Shown piece by piece: positions 1 to 11,301 of a stretch of DNA of 64,000 nt. The notes below the pieces were generated by a model that made no database searches, was not told the origin of the DNA, and was given only the letters and a program-made list of their open reading frames with translations. Position 1 is the first letter of the stretch. Every line of letters starts with the position of its first letter. Both the position numbers and the translations under genes were made by a program. Source of the stretch: Vitrella brassicaformis CCMP3155 (Eukaryota > Protista > Chromerida). Location: contig CDMY01000336.1 of assembly GCA_001179505.1 (NCBI GenBank), positions 310,001 to 374,000 on the forward strand, in the 5' to 3' direction.

Positions 1-114
1 GTCGATCGCTTCGCTTCACTCACGTCGGACAGCCCACACACACACATGCGTGTCATTTGTTTGTGTTGTTGGTGTCTGTCTATCTGCCAACCAACCAACC
101 AACCAACCAACCAG

Positions 115-3100
115 GGACCTGACGAAACGGATCGCGGCACTGGAGCAGGAGCTGAGTGACAAGCAAGAGGAGATGCACATGCTCGTGGCCGCAGGTGACG
201 AGGAGGCCGACCGGACACTCGACACCATCAAGACGTACGTAAGGGAGGCGAGAGGGAGGGAGGGAGGGAGGGAGGACACACATGTGCCTTGTTGACTCAC
301 CCACGTGAACTGGTGGTTGGCGTCGGTCAGGTGCGAGGAGCAAATGGGGCGCCTGGCAGCGCAGAGGGCGAGGGCGCACAAGAAGACCGAGAAGCTGCGG
401 CTGCACAAGGCGAAGCTCGTCGAGGGTTCCAAGGCGCTGGTGGCCCAGCGAACGGCCCTAACACACCGACTGGTATGCACGTCATCATCATCAGTCACAT
501 ATAAGTACATACGGACTTGTGTACCCTCACTCACTCAGTGTTCCCTCCCTCCCTCCCTCCCTCCCTCCCCTGCTTGATTCCCTCCATGTGCGTGTCCAGG
601 AGCGCAAGCAGACCACACATCGGGTATGTGAGTACATTATGCACACACCATACACAGACAGGGAGAGAAGGCATGGGGGTCTGTGTGTTGCAGTCTGGCC
701 AAGTGTTTGCCGCACTGAGGGCCAATGTGACCATCGCCAGAGCGGAGAAGGACCTAAAGGTAAGGTATCCATCCCACAGCATCTCGTGACTTCTGTCCGG
801 CACAGAAAAGTCTCCCTGTCTCTGCCTTCATCCACCCACCCCACTCATGTCTCCGTGTCTCTGTCTTCAGACCATTGCTGCGTACATTTTATATCCGGAT
901 AGTCTCTCTTCACGCCATGAATGCCGGCTGCCGATCTCAGCTCAGCATCATGCGTTGACCAGCCTCAAAGCCTTCCAAGACTTTACGCATGGACAGGGGC
1001 CATACCCATGCAGATCTAGATACAGTGCATCGGGCCATCCCGTGAGCTCTGTCTGCTTTGAAGGCACAGCGGGCATTCATCATGTGTCCTTCCTTCTTGA
1101 CCCTCATTTCTCCGCCTATATATCTCCAGGACACTGCGATCGTGGCCTTGTGCAAGGAAGGTACACATCTTAGATACGATAGAGATGATCGCTCACACAT
1201 GCCATGCCGCCGGCGCCTTCCTTCATCTCTCTCTGTCTGTCTGTGTGTCTAGCGTATGGAGGCTGAGTTGGAGGGCACCAAGGAGAGGGGCCAGTACGCC
1301 GTCGATAGCACACGACGCATCCTCGCCGCACGAGCCATGTACACACACAGAGCACACCGCGGTTCCCTCCCTCCGTCCGTCCCTCACCCACTCTCTCTCT
1401 CTGTTTGGTTTGGTTTGCATATATGGATGCAGCCGTGACAAGTTGGTTGGCCAGAGGAGACTCGAGCTCAGCTGCGCTCTGCACTCCTGGCACCGCCAGT
1501 CACGTGCACGTGCCACTCCCCCCCACCCGCCGCCCCAATCGCTGGTGGAGACGTGTGAGCTGGGCTGCCAGACCGGTGGGGCATTGGGTGGGGTGGGCGT
1601 GGGCGTGTTGGTGAAACTACCTGAGACCCGCGATGTCAGTACAGCCACCGAGACCGAGGCGAGAGAGACAGAGGACAGAGCCGCTCAGACAGATAGTCGA
1701 CGGGACGACAGAGACCAAAACAGGTGGGATTGTCGTTCATTCATTTGTTGTGGCGCTTTGGTTGGTTGATGTGGTGTGGTGTGGTGTTGCTCGGCTCGGC
1801 TCGGCTCGCAGGTGTGTGGGTGCGGTGGGTCTGAGTGGGCTGATCAGTCGTCGCAACGAGCTGCACGGCCGATCCCCTTCATCGGCTCTGGTACGTACGT
1901 ACGTACGTACGTGTGTGTCTGTCCCTTTCTCCCTCCCTCCCTCCCTCCCTCCCTCAAATATATCCCATTCATAGTAATACTATGTATTATGTACGTACCA
2001 CTTGTTTTCCTTCAGGTCGAGTTGGCCTACTCTCACTCCCCGCCGTATGCATTGCATGTATGTAAGGCCCCATCCATCCATCCATCCATCCATCCACATC
2101 ATCATCAGTCACACAAGTACGTGTGTACCCTCACTCACTCTTCCCTCCCTCCCTCCCTCCCTCCCCTGCTTGATTCCCTCCATGTGTGTGTCCAGGACGC
2201 CTCGGTCAGCTCCCGCTTCCTCACTGCCGCCGTCTTCAGTGCATGGAGGCACCACACCGCCGCCCACAGGAGCAAACAGCTGGTAGGTCAGGTCAGTAGT
2301 AGTATGTTTGTGTGAAGGCGTGCTTCTCCTCCCCTCTACGTTTACTGATTCTGTTCGGTCGGCCCTTTTCTGTCTTGCTTTGTTTGTTTGCAGTCGTGTC
2401 GCAGCAGCCCCGAGCGGTTCTACTGCGGGCTGCTCGGGGAAACCAAGCGGTGGCTGACGGACAACGCCCGCTACGCCGAGAAGGAGCTGTGGTCGCTTCG
2501 CGACCAGCTTCAGGCGACGCGTCTCGACCTGGAGGTGGCCAGAGCGGTGAGTGAGTGAGAGCCATGGATATCGATTGTCTTGCTTGATGTCGTGTGTGTG
2601 CAGGATGCGTCTCCCCTTATCAACATGGCAATCGCAGCGACTTCCATGGCCCGGGCGATGAGCGACGACCTGAGGCGCCTTCTTTGGGAGAGGGAGATGG
2701 AGCTGGAGGTGTTCAAGGAGAAGTATAATGGCCATGTGAGTAGGGGTGGGCTGGCTGCACATGTGCCTTGTCGTCACTTTTCTCCTTCTAGCGTTGCCTA
2801 CATTTTATATCCGGAATGCAAGTGTCTCCCACTTCGCCGCAAACTGAAGCCGCTCTCATTTCGCCGGTGACAAAGAATCATTGTCTACATTTTACATCGA
2901 TGCCCTCGTCCGTAGAGGACCTCACCCGCCTGCATGCGTGGGCTTTCATTGGCTGCTTCCTTCAGGTGTCGCAAGAGGCTGACAGCCAACATCGTTGCCT
3001 ACATTTTATATCTGGGCGGAATGTGTCTCCTCTTCCGATGTTGAAGGCCGAGGTGAGAGGATACATACACGCTGTCCCTTGATTGCCTTTTGGATTTCCT

Positions 3101-4152
3101 TTCATATTAGATAACGGTCCCTTTTGTGTCGATTGGGGCGATCATTGGAAAGCGACACACGAGTCCACGTGTCAGCCAAAGATAGCGAATTCGGGCTCCA
3201 GGCTCGAGGTACACAGGAGGAAGGACAACAAGGAAGAGTGAGTGACGGACTGATTGACTCCGGGCTGCTCTTGATGATGCTCTCCCTCTCTCTGTGTGGA
3301 TGTGTGTATATATCAATTCAGGAGAGGATGCTGCAGGGCATTTGCCAAGGTGGCACACTGTACAACAGCATCCCGACGTTCCCGACCACCAAGCAATCAC
3401 CTACCTGCGGGCCGGCCAGCGTGCTACGCCTTCATCGCGCTCCCCACTCCCACCTCTACCCCCACCTCTACCCCCACCCCCACCTGCAGACACATGCCTG
3501 ATCAGTCCAGATATGGAGTCTCTTTTCTTTCTCTCTCTGTCTGTGTGGTGTCTATTGAACAATCAGGCGCAGGTTCAAAAGTAGAGGGCAGCAGTTTTGC
3601 TGCAACAGACCAAGGAGTACAAGGTCAATGGGTCGGCCACCTCAGGAGGAGCAGGTGGGCAAGGGTAAAGAAGGAGAGAGACATACACATTGTCCATATC
3701 AACTGTTGCACTGCTTCAGACAAGAAAAAGAGTTGCCAGGAGTAGAGCAGAGGAGATCATAATCGAAAACAAGGTGATGAGATGATTGCCACACGTTTCG
3801 CACATACGTGTGCATGTTCCAGCTCAGGGACAAGACGGGTTCCGTCACGAGAGGGACGCACGGACAACGGTGGAGAAGGAGATGGAGGGGCTTCAAGAAC
3901 GCCTGGGCCCGATCAAGGTGAGTGTGTCGTCAAGGAAAGACAAGAATGGGCAAGAGAGGCACATAATGGCTGGCGGTGCAGATGTGGAACGGTACGTATG
4001 AAGTATGTATGTTGTCACTCGCAAGCATCACGCACGCCCTGTCTTTGTCTGTCTGTCTGTCTGTCTTTCTGTCTCGGTGCCGGTTAGCAGAGAGGCATGC
4101 ATGGCTGGAGGCCGACTTGGGCCGTTCTACCCCGAGAAGGGCCCCGCAGTGA
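115..4152 (+). CDS. Multi-exon coiled-coil protein of unknown function (5' end outside the window, 3' end uncertain)
   Basis: A chain of GT-AG-bounded exons encodes heptad-like helical peptides: DLTKRIAALEQELSDKQEEMHML (115-235), CEEQMGRLAAQRARAHKKTEKLRLHKAKL (331-472), EKELWSLRDQLQATRLDLEVARA (~2393-2547), DDLRRLLWEREMELEVFKEKY (~2604-2734), HERDARTTVEKEMEGLQERLGPIK (~3828-3918). No catalytic motif seen. The last exon and stop are ambiguous. Confidence 0.55.
473..599 (+). repeat. Intron copy A of a pair of homologous introns
   Basis: Starts gtatgca and ends tgcttgattccctccatgtgcgtgtccag. Its last ~100 nt are near-identical to intron 2045-2195. Confidence 0.85.
2045..2195 (+). repeat. Intron copy B of a pair of homologous introns
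   Basis: Starts gtatgca and shares catcatcatcagtcaca...gtgtaccctcactcactc...(ccct)n...cccctgcttgattccctccatgtg.gtgtccag with 473-599. Confidence 0.85.
2792..3030 (+). repeat. Intronic dispersed motif CRTTG(N)CTACATTTTAYATC (three copies here, a related fourth at 873-899)
   Basis: cgttgcctacattttatatc is exact at 2792-2811 and 2993-3012; ttgtctacattttacatc lies at 2881-2898; cattgctgcgtacattttatatccgga lies at 873-899. Confidence 0.75.
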
Positions 4153-4497
4153 GCCCCATGGCTGAGGGAGGAGCCACCATGAGGGGAGCCCCTCTCTTTC
4201 CCTGCCTATTCGGCGGACAAACACGTGTATATGGCCGCGGTGAACGAGACACTCGACTGTCGTTCATACTCATTTCCTTGACATGAAGTCTGCATGACAG
4301 ACAGGGCAGCGAGCTGTGTGTTAGATGAATGAATCGAATCAACAGACACACTGATCGAATTAGGTCAATATCTCTCTGTCTGACTGACTGTCTGTCTGTC
4401 TGTCTGTCCGTCCCCGTATCTACTGACAGCTCCCCACCTAGGCCACGCACACGAGGACGGAGGAGACTACCAACTTGTAGCTACCCAACCTTACTAC

Positions 4498-7400
4498 CTA
4501 CTTAAACTCGTCCCAATTCATGTCGTCCCACCCGTCACCAGAAGACCCACCTGCACACACAACCACCGACAGTCACGTGTGTTGTGTCTCCATTGCTTCT
4601 TTGTGTGTGTTCGCTCTCACCTTTCTGAGGCGACACGGGGTTGCTCTGGCCCTTCTTGGCCCCACCTAGCTTCATCCCACCACCACCCTTTTTGTCGTCA
4701 CCCAGGTCGAACTGAGCGAAGAAGTCGTCACCCATGCCGCCCCCCTTGACACCCACAGAGGGCTTCCCAAACCCGCCGCCAGACGTCAGTGTGCCATAGC
4801 CAGCCGATGTTGCTGCGGCGTGTGGCGGCCTGGCCCCTGATGGGGCTTTGGTGAGCGGCCTGGCGGCGCTTGACTGAGGGGTGGTCTTGATGGGCGAGGG
4901 GGGGCCGGCCTTGATGGCCTTGTCGGCCGGCGTGTGGGACTTGTCGCTCATGGAAGAGGACGAGGGGCTGAGGGATGATGCCGTGTGCCTGTTGGGCGAC
5001 CCGGCGGGGCTCCTGTCGCTCCCGCCGCCCTTTGACTTGGGCGATGACGACCCTCCCAGCCCAGTGGCCTCCTTGACGTCGCTTGTGTCGCCAAACTCGT
5101 CCCAGAATGAGCCGTCGTCGTCGCCCCAGCCGCCCTGAGCCTCCAGCATGCCGTCATCTGCGAAATCGGGGAGGGTGGGGGACTGGGGCGGCTGGTGCTT
5201 GGTGGCGCTGCTGGTGTCTGGGAGGCTGCGAGATGCCATGGACTGGGGCGGTGGCGGCTGCCGAGTGATGTTCTTGCCCGCTCGCTTCGAATCTGATGGA
5301 TGCACCAATGCAGAGAAGCGGGTGGAGGGAGCAAGGCGTGTGTGCACTTGATGGCTCCATCGGTGTGTGTGTACCGTCATCCGTGGGTGTGGATGCGGTG
5401 GTCTCCGAGTGTGCCCTGCCGTCGCTCATTCCTGATGGCGGAGGGTGGGACGATGCCGCCGACAGTCCCTTGTAAAAGGGGATCTTCTTGCCTGCACACA
5501 CCACACCACACCACACAGGCCACACCATTGACTCCACATCACATACTCTCGTCAGCATTTGATTGCCTTGTTGTCTCCTCACTCACCGAGTGACGATCCG
5601 ACATTGAGTGCCCATCCCGCCACAGCAGCCAGCTTCCCTCTGTCTCCATCCGCGCTGCCAGAGCCTTGTGAGTTGATGGATGCCGTGCGCCCGTCAGCCT
5701 GCGCTGCTGCCGCTGCTGCCGCTGCTGGTGGCGCGTTGGGCGGCTGGGCTGGTGCGGGTGCGGGCAGTTTGGCCATCTCCTCCTGCACGTGGCGCATCAG
5801 CTTCTCCAACACCCCAAAGGCCACCAGGCGAACCTGACGGCACATCAGACACACATGTGCACCATGTCGCATCTGTGGGTGTGTCTGTGGACTCCACCGC
5901 ACGGCATCGCATCGCACCTCTTTCTCCGGGTCGACGAGCCGCATGCACACGAGTGGCATGAGTCTGTTGGCGATGTCTGTGGGTGGGAAGATGCCGATGC
6001 CCGTGGCGGCGAGGCTCTGCAGGGCCGCCTGGCGGCTGGGGGGGAAGGTGTCCTTCAACGACACGCTGAACGCATTGCCCAGCACCTGCACACACACACA
6101 CACACAGACGCGCAATATCAGAATGATATCCACAAGTGAGAGCTCGGGTTCAGCCGTCGATTGTACCTTTCTGGCTTGGTCGACTGAGATTTGCGGTGCC
6201 ACTTTGGCGATGCAGATCATCGTGTTAGTGCGGATGGACGGCTCATTGTCGCTCAGACAGCGGCTCAGCAGGCGCAGCGCCTTCTCACTCTGAAAGGGAC
6301 ACAAAACCAGCGGAGCCAGCCAGCCCATATGGTCATGGACACTCCTGCACTGCCTGCACGTCCATATCAAATTTGGTCGGTCAGTCGCACCTGTGCCTTT
6401 CTGAGCTTTGGCATGAAGTACAGCATCGACTTGACCGTCGCCTCCCTGCACACACAAACAAAGAACGAACAACCCAGTGAGTGCACCCGATCCACTCAGC
6501 ACATTCACTGACCTCAGTGGTGCTGACGAGTCTGTGAACCCCAGTGCCAGCGGCTCGAATATCTCATTGTTGACCGTCGTGGCGTCTAGGTGGGGATCCA
6601 GGCTCTCCAGCTGCTGCAGCAGCGCATACCTGCAACCACGGGATGGAGGCCATTAGGTTGATCTGAAAGTGGGTCTCTGGGTTTCTTTGTTTGTGTGTAC
6701 CTGATGCCCCTGTCGTTGCTGCCGAAGAGTTTGGTGAGTGCAGGGATGATCTTGCTGCGGTACTCGTCGCCCGACAGATGCGCACCGACCTTCAGCACTG
6801 ACGTCAGGGCAACCGCGGCCAGCTCACTGATCGAAGGACACACAGATTGACAAAATATGGCCATCATGGCGACAGTGTTTGTTTGTATGTGTGTGTACCT
6901 GAATTCGATGGCCTTGATGAGCTCTGGCAGTAGTTGTTGTGTCTGCAGCTGGACTGGGAGGTTGTCGAGTGCTGCGGGCAGCTCGTCGAAGAACCTCTGC
7001 TTCTCCCCCTTGCCGCGGAGGTTCAGCTCGTCCACAAACACCATCACCTCAACTATCTTGTTGCCTGAAACCAACGGGGGAAGCACACGCTCAGACAGAA
7101 ACGCGTCAGTCGGCACCATCCATCCGATGAGGTCTCACTTTTGAAGTATGGCTGTCCCGTGACGAACTCCCGCAGATTCAACGCGGCCGGGGAGGGCTTC
7201 AGCAACATCTGCACACACACACACAATGCACACACACTCACCATCTGCCCGCTGCTGTGCCCTCGCTGCTGTCACACTTACATTGTAGGCCGGCCGTAGC
7301 TGGTTTGGCACCGAGTCAGCATTGCCCTTGGGGTCGATCTGGATGCGGGAGCTGCTCGCGCCGCCCCGCCTCACTACTGTGTACGACCACCCTATCAGCG

Positions 7401-8438
7401 ACGCATAACCCCACCTGACGGACGTCACACACACACACACACACACATATCAAAACACCGCATGTGCATTATCGCGCTGTCTGTCTGTCTGTCTGTGTGT
7501 CTGTCTGTGTGTGTGTGTGTGTGTGTTGATGCCTGTCTAGGTATTGCGAGGGCATGTTAGATGATGTGCCTTGCGGCAGGGTCCATCCGTTCTGCTCGGC
7601 CGGGTTGCGGCGCACCTCGCCCAGCAGCTGCTCGGACGACATGGCAGTCGACGCACAGCACTCGAAGCCGGACAGACGCCACGAACCTGACACACAACAC
7701 AGCACACACAACACAAGGGGGCCGGGCCAATGAGTGTACAGACAGGAGAGGTGCATCGATGGAGGCCGGTTGTGTCAGTCACCTGCTTTGGTGACCATGA
7801 CGCTGAAAGGGTTGAGCAGTCCGTGTGTGAGTTTGCAGTCCTGGTTGAGGAAGCCGACGGCCAAGCCGATCTGATACAGACCCCACGTGGGGTCACCACT
7901 CACACCTACACACACACACACACACACAGACAGGCAGCCGCAACAGACAGGCAAGGCGTCCATACGACAATCACTCCATCCATCACACTGCCACACACAC
8001 TGTGTAGGCGTGTCTGTGTGGTGTGGCCACCGACCGGCGACAACGAGTGGCGAGACCTCTTCGGTGACGATATAGATGCCGCCCTCCACCTCCAAACCCT
8101 CCAGCAGACGCACTATCAACGGGTGACGCAGCGTCTTCAGCTTCTGATTCATCACAACACACACAGCACACAAACACACAAACAGACGGTCAACAAGCAC
8201 TATTTTCTTTGTGTTTCATCTGGCGTGCCTGCAGGTGGTTCCGCGCCTGCCTCAGGGCGTCGGACGAGGCCGTCTTCTTGTCGCACACGAACACCGACAC
8301 GGCCGAGCGGTCGATTTTGTGGTATCCGGTGTGCAGACTCCATATGCTCGAGTAGCTGAGGTTGATCTTCTCCCCAATGACGTAGTTGAAGGAGGACGGC
8401 AGGTCGCCCCAGAGCTTTCCTATCAGCTGACCAAACAT
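4498..8438 (-). CDS. SCYL1: SCY1-like protein pseudokinase with HEAT repeats (SCYL1/CEX1 family)
   Basis: N-terminus MFGQLIGKLWGDLPSSFNYVIGE. Kinase-like exons KLKTLRHPLIVRLLEGLEVEGGIYIVTEEVSPL and WGLYQIGLAVGFLNQDCKLTHGLLNPFSVMVTKAGD-WRLSGFE, with no HRD/DFG. HEAT-like exons KIIPALTKLFGSNDRGIR, LSDNEPSIRTNTMICIAKVA and LKDTFPPSRQAALQSLAAT. Low-complexity tail ending GWDDMNWDEFK* (TAG at 4498-4500). Confidence 0.88.
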
Positions 8439-8672
8439 CCGATCTCAGAGAGGCCGAAACGGCCGGATCTCGCCAACACACGGCAGGTCAGGATGCCTGC
8501 AGCCTCCACTCGCCGTCCTGCGCCTTCTTTCTCCTTCTTCGCCTCTTTCGCAACGCGAGCTTAGCTTGCGAGCTTAGAGGAGCGGAAAGAAGTCAAAGAC
8601 CTCCTTCGGGTAGGGAGGGGTCCACTGATTCATCTTCACTTGGAAGATCCATTTCATCTTCGTCGCCAAGGC
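8439..8672. promoter_or_regulatory. Short divergent (bidirectional) promoter region between SCYL1 and the DEAD-box helicase
   Basis: Head-to-head start codons about 235 bp apart. Contains GCGAGCTTAG twice (8555-8564, 8568-8577). Confidence 0.5.
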
Positions 8673-10567
8673 ATGAGTCATCAGCGGAGGCTCAAAGCGC
8701 CCAAGAGGCTCAAGACGGAGGAACGTGTCACTGACGATGATCAAGAACGTGTCACTGACGATGGTCAAGATGCACCTGCCGCACCTGCTCCCGCCCCAGC
8801 ACCGTTGGCCGACGGCATCTTCTCCACCGACGTCTTTGCGTCTGTGGCTGGCCTCTCTCCCAACCTGGTGCGGCAGCTCGAGTACATGGGCTTCAAGACC
8901 ATGACGGCCATCCAGCAACTCAGCATACCGGTCGTCCTCAAGGGCAACGACACACTCATCCGATGCCAGACAGGCAGCGGCAAAACACTCGGTGAGTGAG
9001 TACAGTGAGCACCACTGGAGGGAGGGAGCATGGCTTGCTTCATTAATGCATTCCTTCTGTGTGCCTGCAGCGTTTCTCGTCCCCGCATTCCAGAAGCTGT
9101 TTGCCTTGGAGGAGCAGGACAGCAGGATATCGCGGGAGGCGGGCACTCGGCTCCTGTTGCTGTCGCCCACCCGAGAGTTGTGTCACCAGACTATGAGTGT
9201 GGCGAGCAAGCTGGCCCAGATGGTGCCGTCTGTGGTGGTGTCGTCCATCACTGGGGGCGAGAAGAAGAAAAGCGAGAAGGCCAGGCTCCGCAAGGGCGTC
9301 ACCGTACTCGGATGCACACCAGGTACGTAATGCCTGCTGTCATACACGCACACAACACACGACTGTACTGCGTGGACGGGGTGGACTGTCCACATATCAC
9401 TGACTGGTTTTCAGGCCGTCTGCTGGACCATCTCGAGACGACGGCGGCTTTCAACACGGCTGAGCTGTCCACAGTGGTGCTGGACGAGGCGGACCGGCTG
9501 CTGGACCTTGGTTTCGAGAAGAAGCTCCGGCGCATCTACGACATGCTATGCGACAAGAAGGCCAGCCACGACTCGGCAGAAGCGTTCAAACAAAGCATCA
9601 GGGACGGCACCGCGGACCATGACACGAGTGTGGCACCTGACAGGCCGGCCAAGAAGGGGCTGGAGAAAGAGGGGGCGCCATTTCAGGTGGTGATGGTCTC
9701 AGCCACCTTGACCCCGGCTGTCGAGAGGCTGGGCAGCTTTCTACTCCGCAGGGATCCCAAGTGGGTGGGGTTTGGCGTCAAGGACGAGCCTGAGGACGGG
9801 CAGCAGGTGGCGAGGGAGGGGGCGGGGTCAGTGGCGATGGATTTGCCCACTCATCTGCACCAGTATTATGTGGAGGTGACGTGCAAGACACGGCTGGTGG
9901 TCCTCATGGCACTCCTGCTGCAGAAATGCCAAAGCGGCAAAGTGAGCGGCACGAGCCGGACACACAAAGCGTCTGTCTCTAACCATCCGTTGTCTCTCTG
10001 CGTGTCTGCAGGTGATAGTGTTCTTGTCGAGTTGCGACTCCGTGGACTACCACCACGAGCTGCTGTCCACCATCCGATGGCCGTCACTCAAGGCTCTCCA
10101 GGGCAGATCGGCAGCGGCCCGCCCCGACAGGCGGCCGGTCAGTGATGCACGGCAGCAGGCCATCGCCCGCAAGTTCTTCGCCAAGATGGGCCGAAGGGGA
10201 AAGGCCAAGGCGGCAGATGACATGGACGACATGGACGATGCCGAAGAGTTGAGCGACGAGGACCTTGATGGCGACCACGCTGCCGTTGCGACCGATGAGG
10301 CCGAGTGGGCTGAGATGGTGGGTCTGCCCGTCTTTGCTGACGTGAAGCTGTTCAAGCTCCACGGCAACCTGGAACGCCATGACAGGTGAAAGAGGCGACG
10401 TTCTCCACACCACATCCACCACACCACTGCATGGTCACCTGTCATGTCGCTGTGTGTGCAGGGAGGGTTACTTGGCTGATTTCACGCGTCAGAGGCGGGC
10501 GATTCTGCTGGCGACTGATGTGGCCGCCCGTGGGCTGGATCTGCCCCATGTGGACTGGATTGTGCAG
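8673..10567 (+). CDS. DBP7: DEAD-box RNA helicase, Dbp7/DDX31 subfamily; 3' end lost at an assembly gap
   Basis: Q motif [10 protein letters not shown]; motif [10 protein letters not shown]; Ia [12 protein letters not shown]; [30 protein letters not shown]; motif [17 protein letters not shown]; III SATL; FKLHGNL; [22 protein letters not shown]. The [15 protein letters not shown] and KLHG signatures are typical of Dbp7. Motif VI would follow in the N run. Confidence 0.88.
8721..8768 (+). repeat. 24-bp coding tandem repeat ([16 protein letters not shown]) in the helicase N-terminus
   Basis: gaacgtgtcactgacgatgatcaa followed directly by gaacgtgtcactgacgatggtcaa. Confidence 0.85.
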
Positions 10568-10867
10568 NNNNNNNNNNNNNNNNNNNNNNNNNNNNNNNNN
10601 NNNNNNNNNNNNNNNNNNNNNNNNNNNNNNNNNNNNNNNNNNNNNNNNNNNNNNNNNNNNNNNNNNNNNNNNNNNNNNNNNNNNNNNNNNNNNNNNNNNN
10701 NNNNNNNNNNNNNNNNNNNNNNNNNNNNNNNNNNNNNNNNNNNNNNNNNNNNNNNNNNNNNNNNNNNNNNNNNNNNNNNNNNNNNNNNNNNNNNNNNNNN
10801 NNNNNNNNNNNNNNNNNNNNNNNNNNNNNNNNNNNNNNNNNNNNNNNNNNNNNNNNNNNNNNNNNNN
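10568..10867. other. Assembly gap (300 N)
   Basis: Run of exactly 300 N, starting immediately after a coding CAG of the helicase. Confidence 0.99.
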
Positions 10868-11301
10868 CACGTGGGGTGGTTAAAAAGGGGCATGGGAGGG
10901 GGGCGGTTGTGGGTCGTGACAGGCAGCACTCAGAGCTCAGGGCCGGGCGGGTAGTGGGTGGACATATGGCGTTGAGTTAGTTTGCCAGCTAGACGTCTTT
11001 GCGTTGTGGCGATGAGTGAAATGCACAGGTGAAAAAGCTAGACAAGAGTGTGGCTTGGTGTGCAAGTGCGGCAGATGCCGTGCCGTGGCACAGAGCTAGA
11101 TTGAGAAATGACACGGCTGGAGCTTAGAGAGAGCCATTAATTATGTCATCACATGATACACAAGACATTCACTCACACACACCACACAGCCGGTCAGTCA
11201 GTCACACCTGCACACATCCATCCATCCGTCCGTCCGTCTGCTTCGTCCCTCCGTCACTAAGACAGCATCCCTCCCTCCTACGAATGCAGCCCAGGCCACT
11301 A

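Noticed and set aside
10379-10954. ORFs spanning the N runs (also 54894-55761)
   Set aside because: Their length is an artefact of translating N as X.
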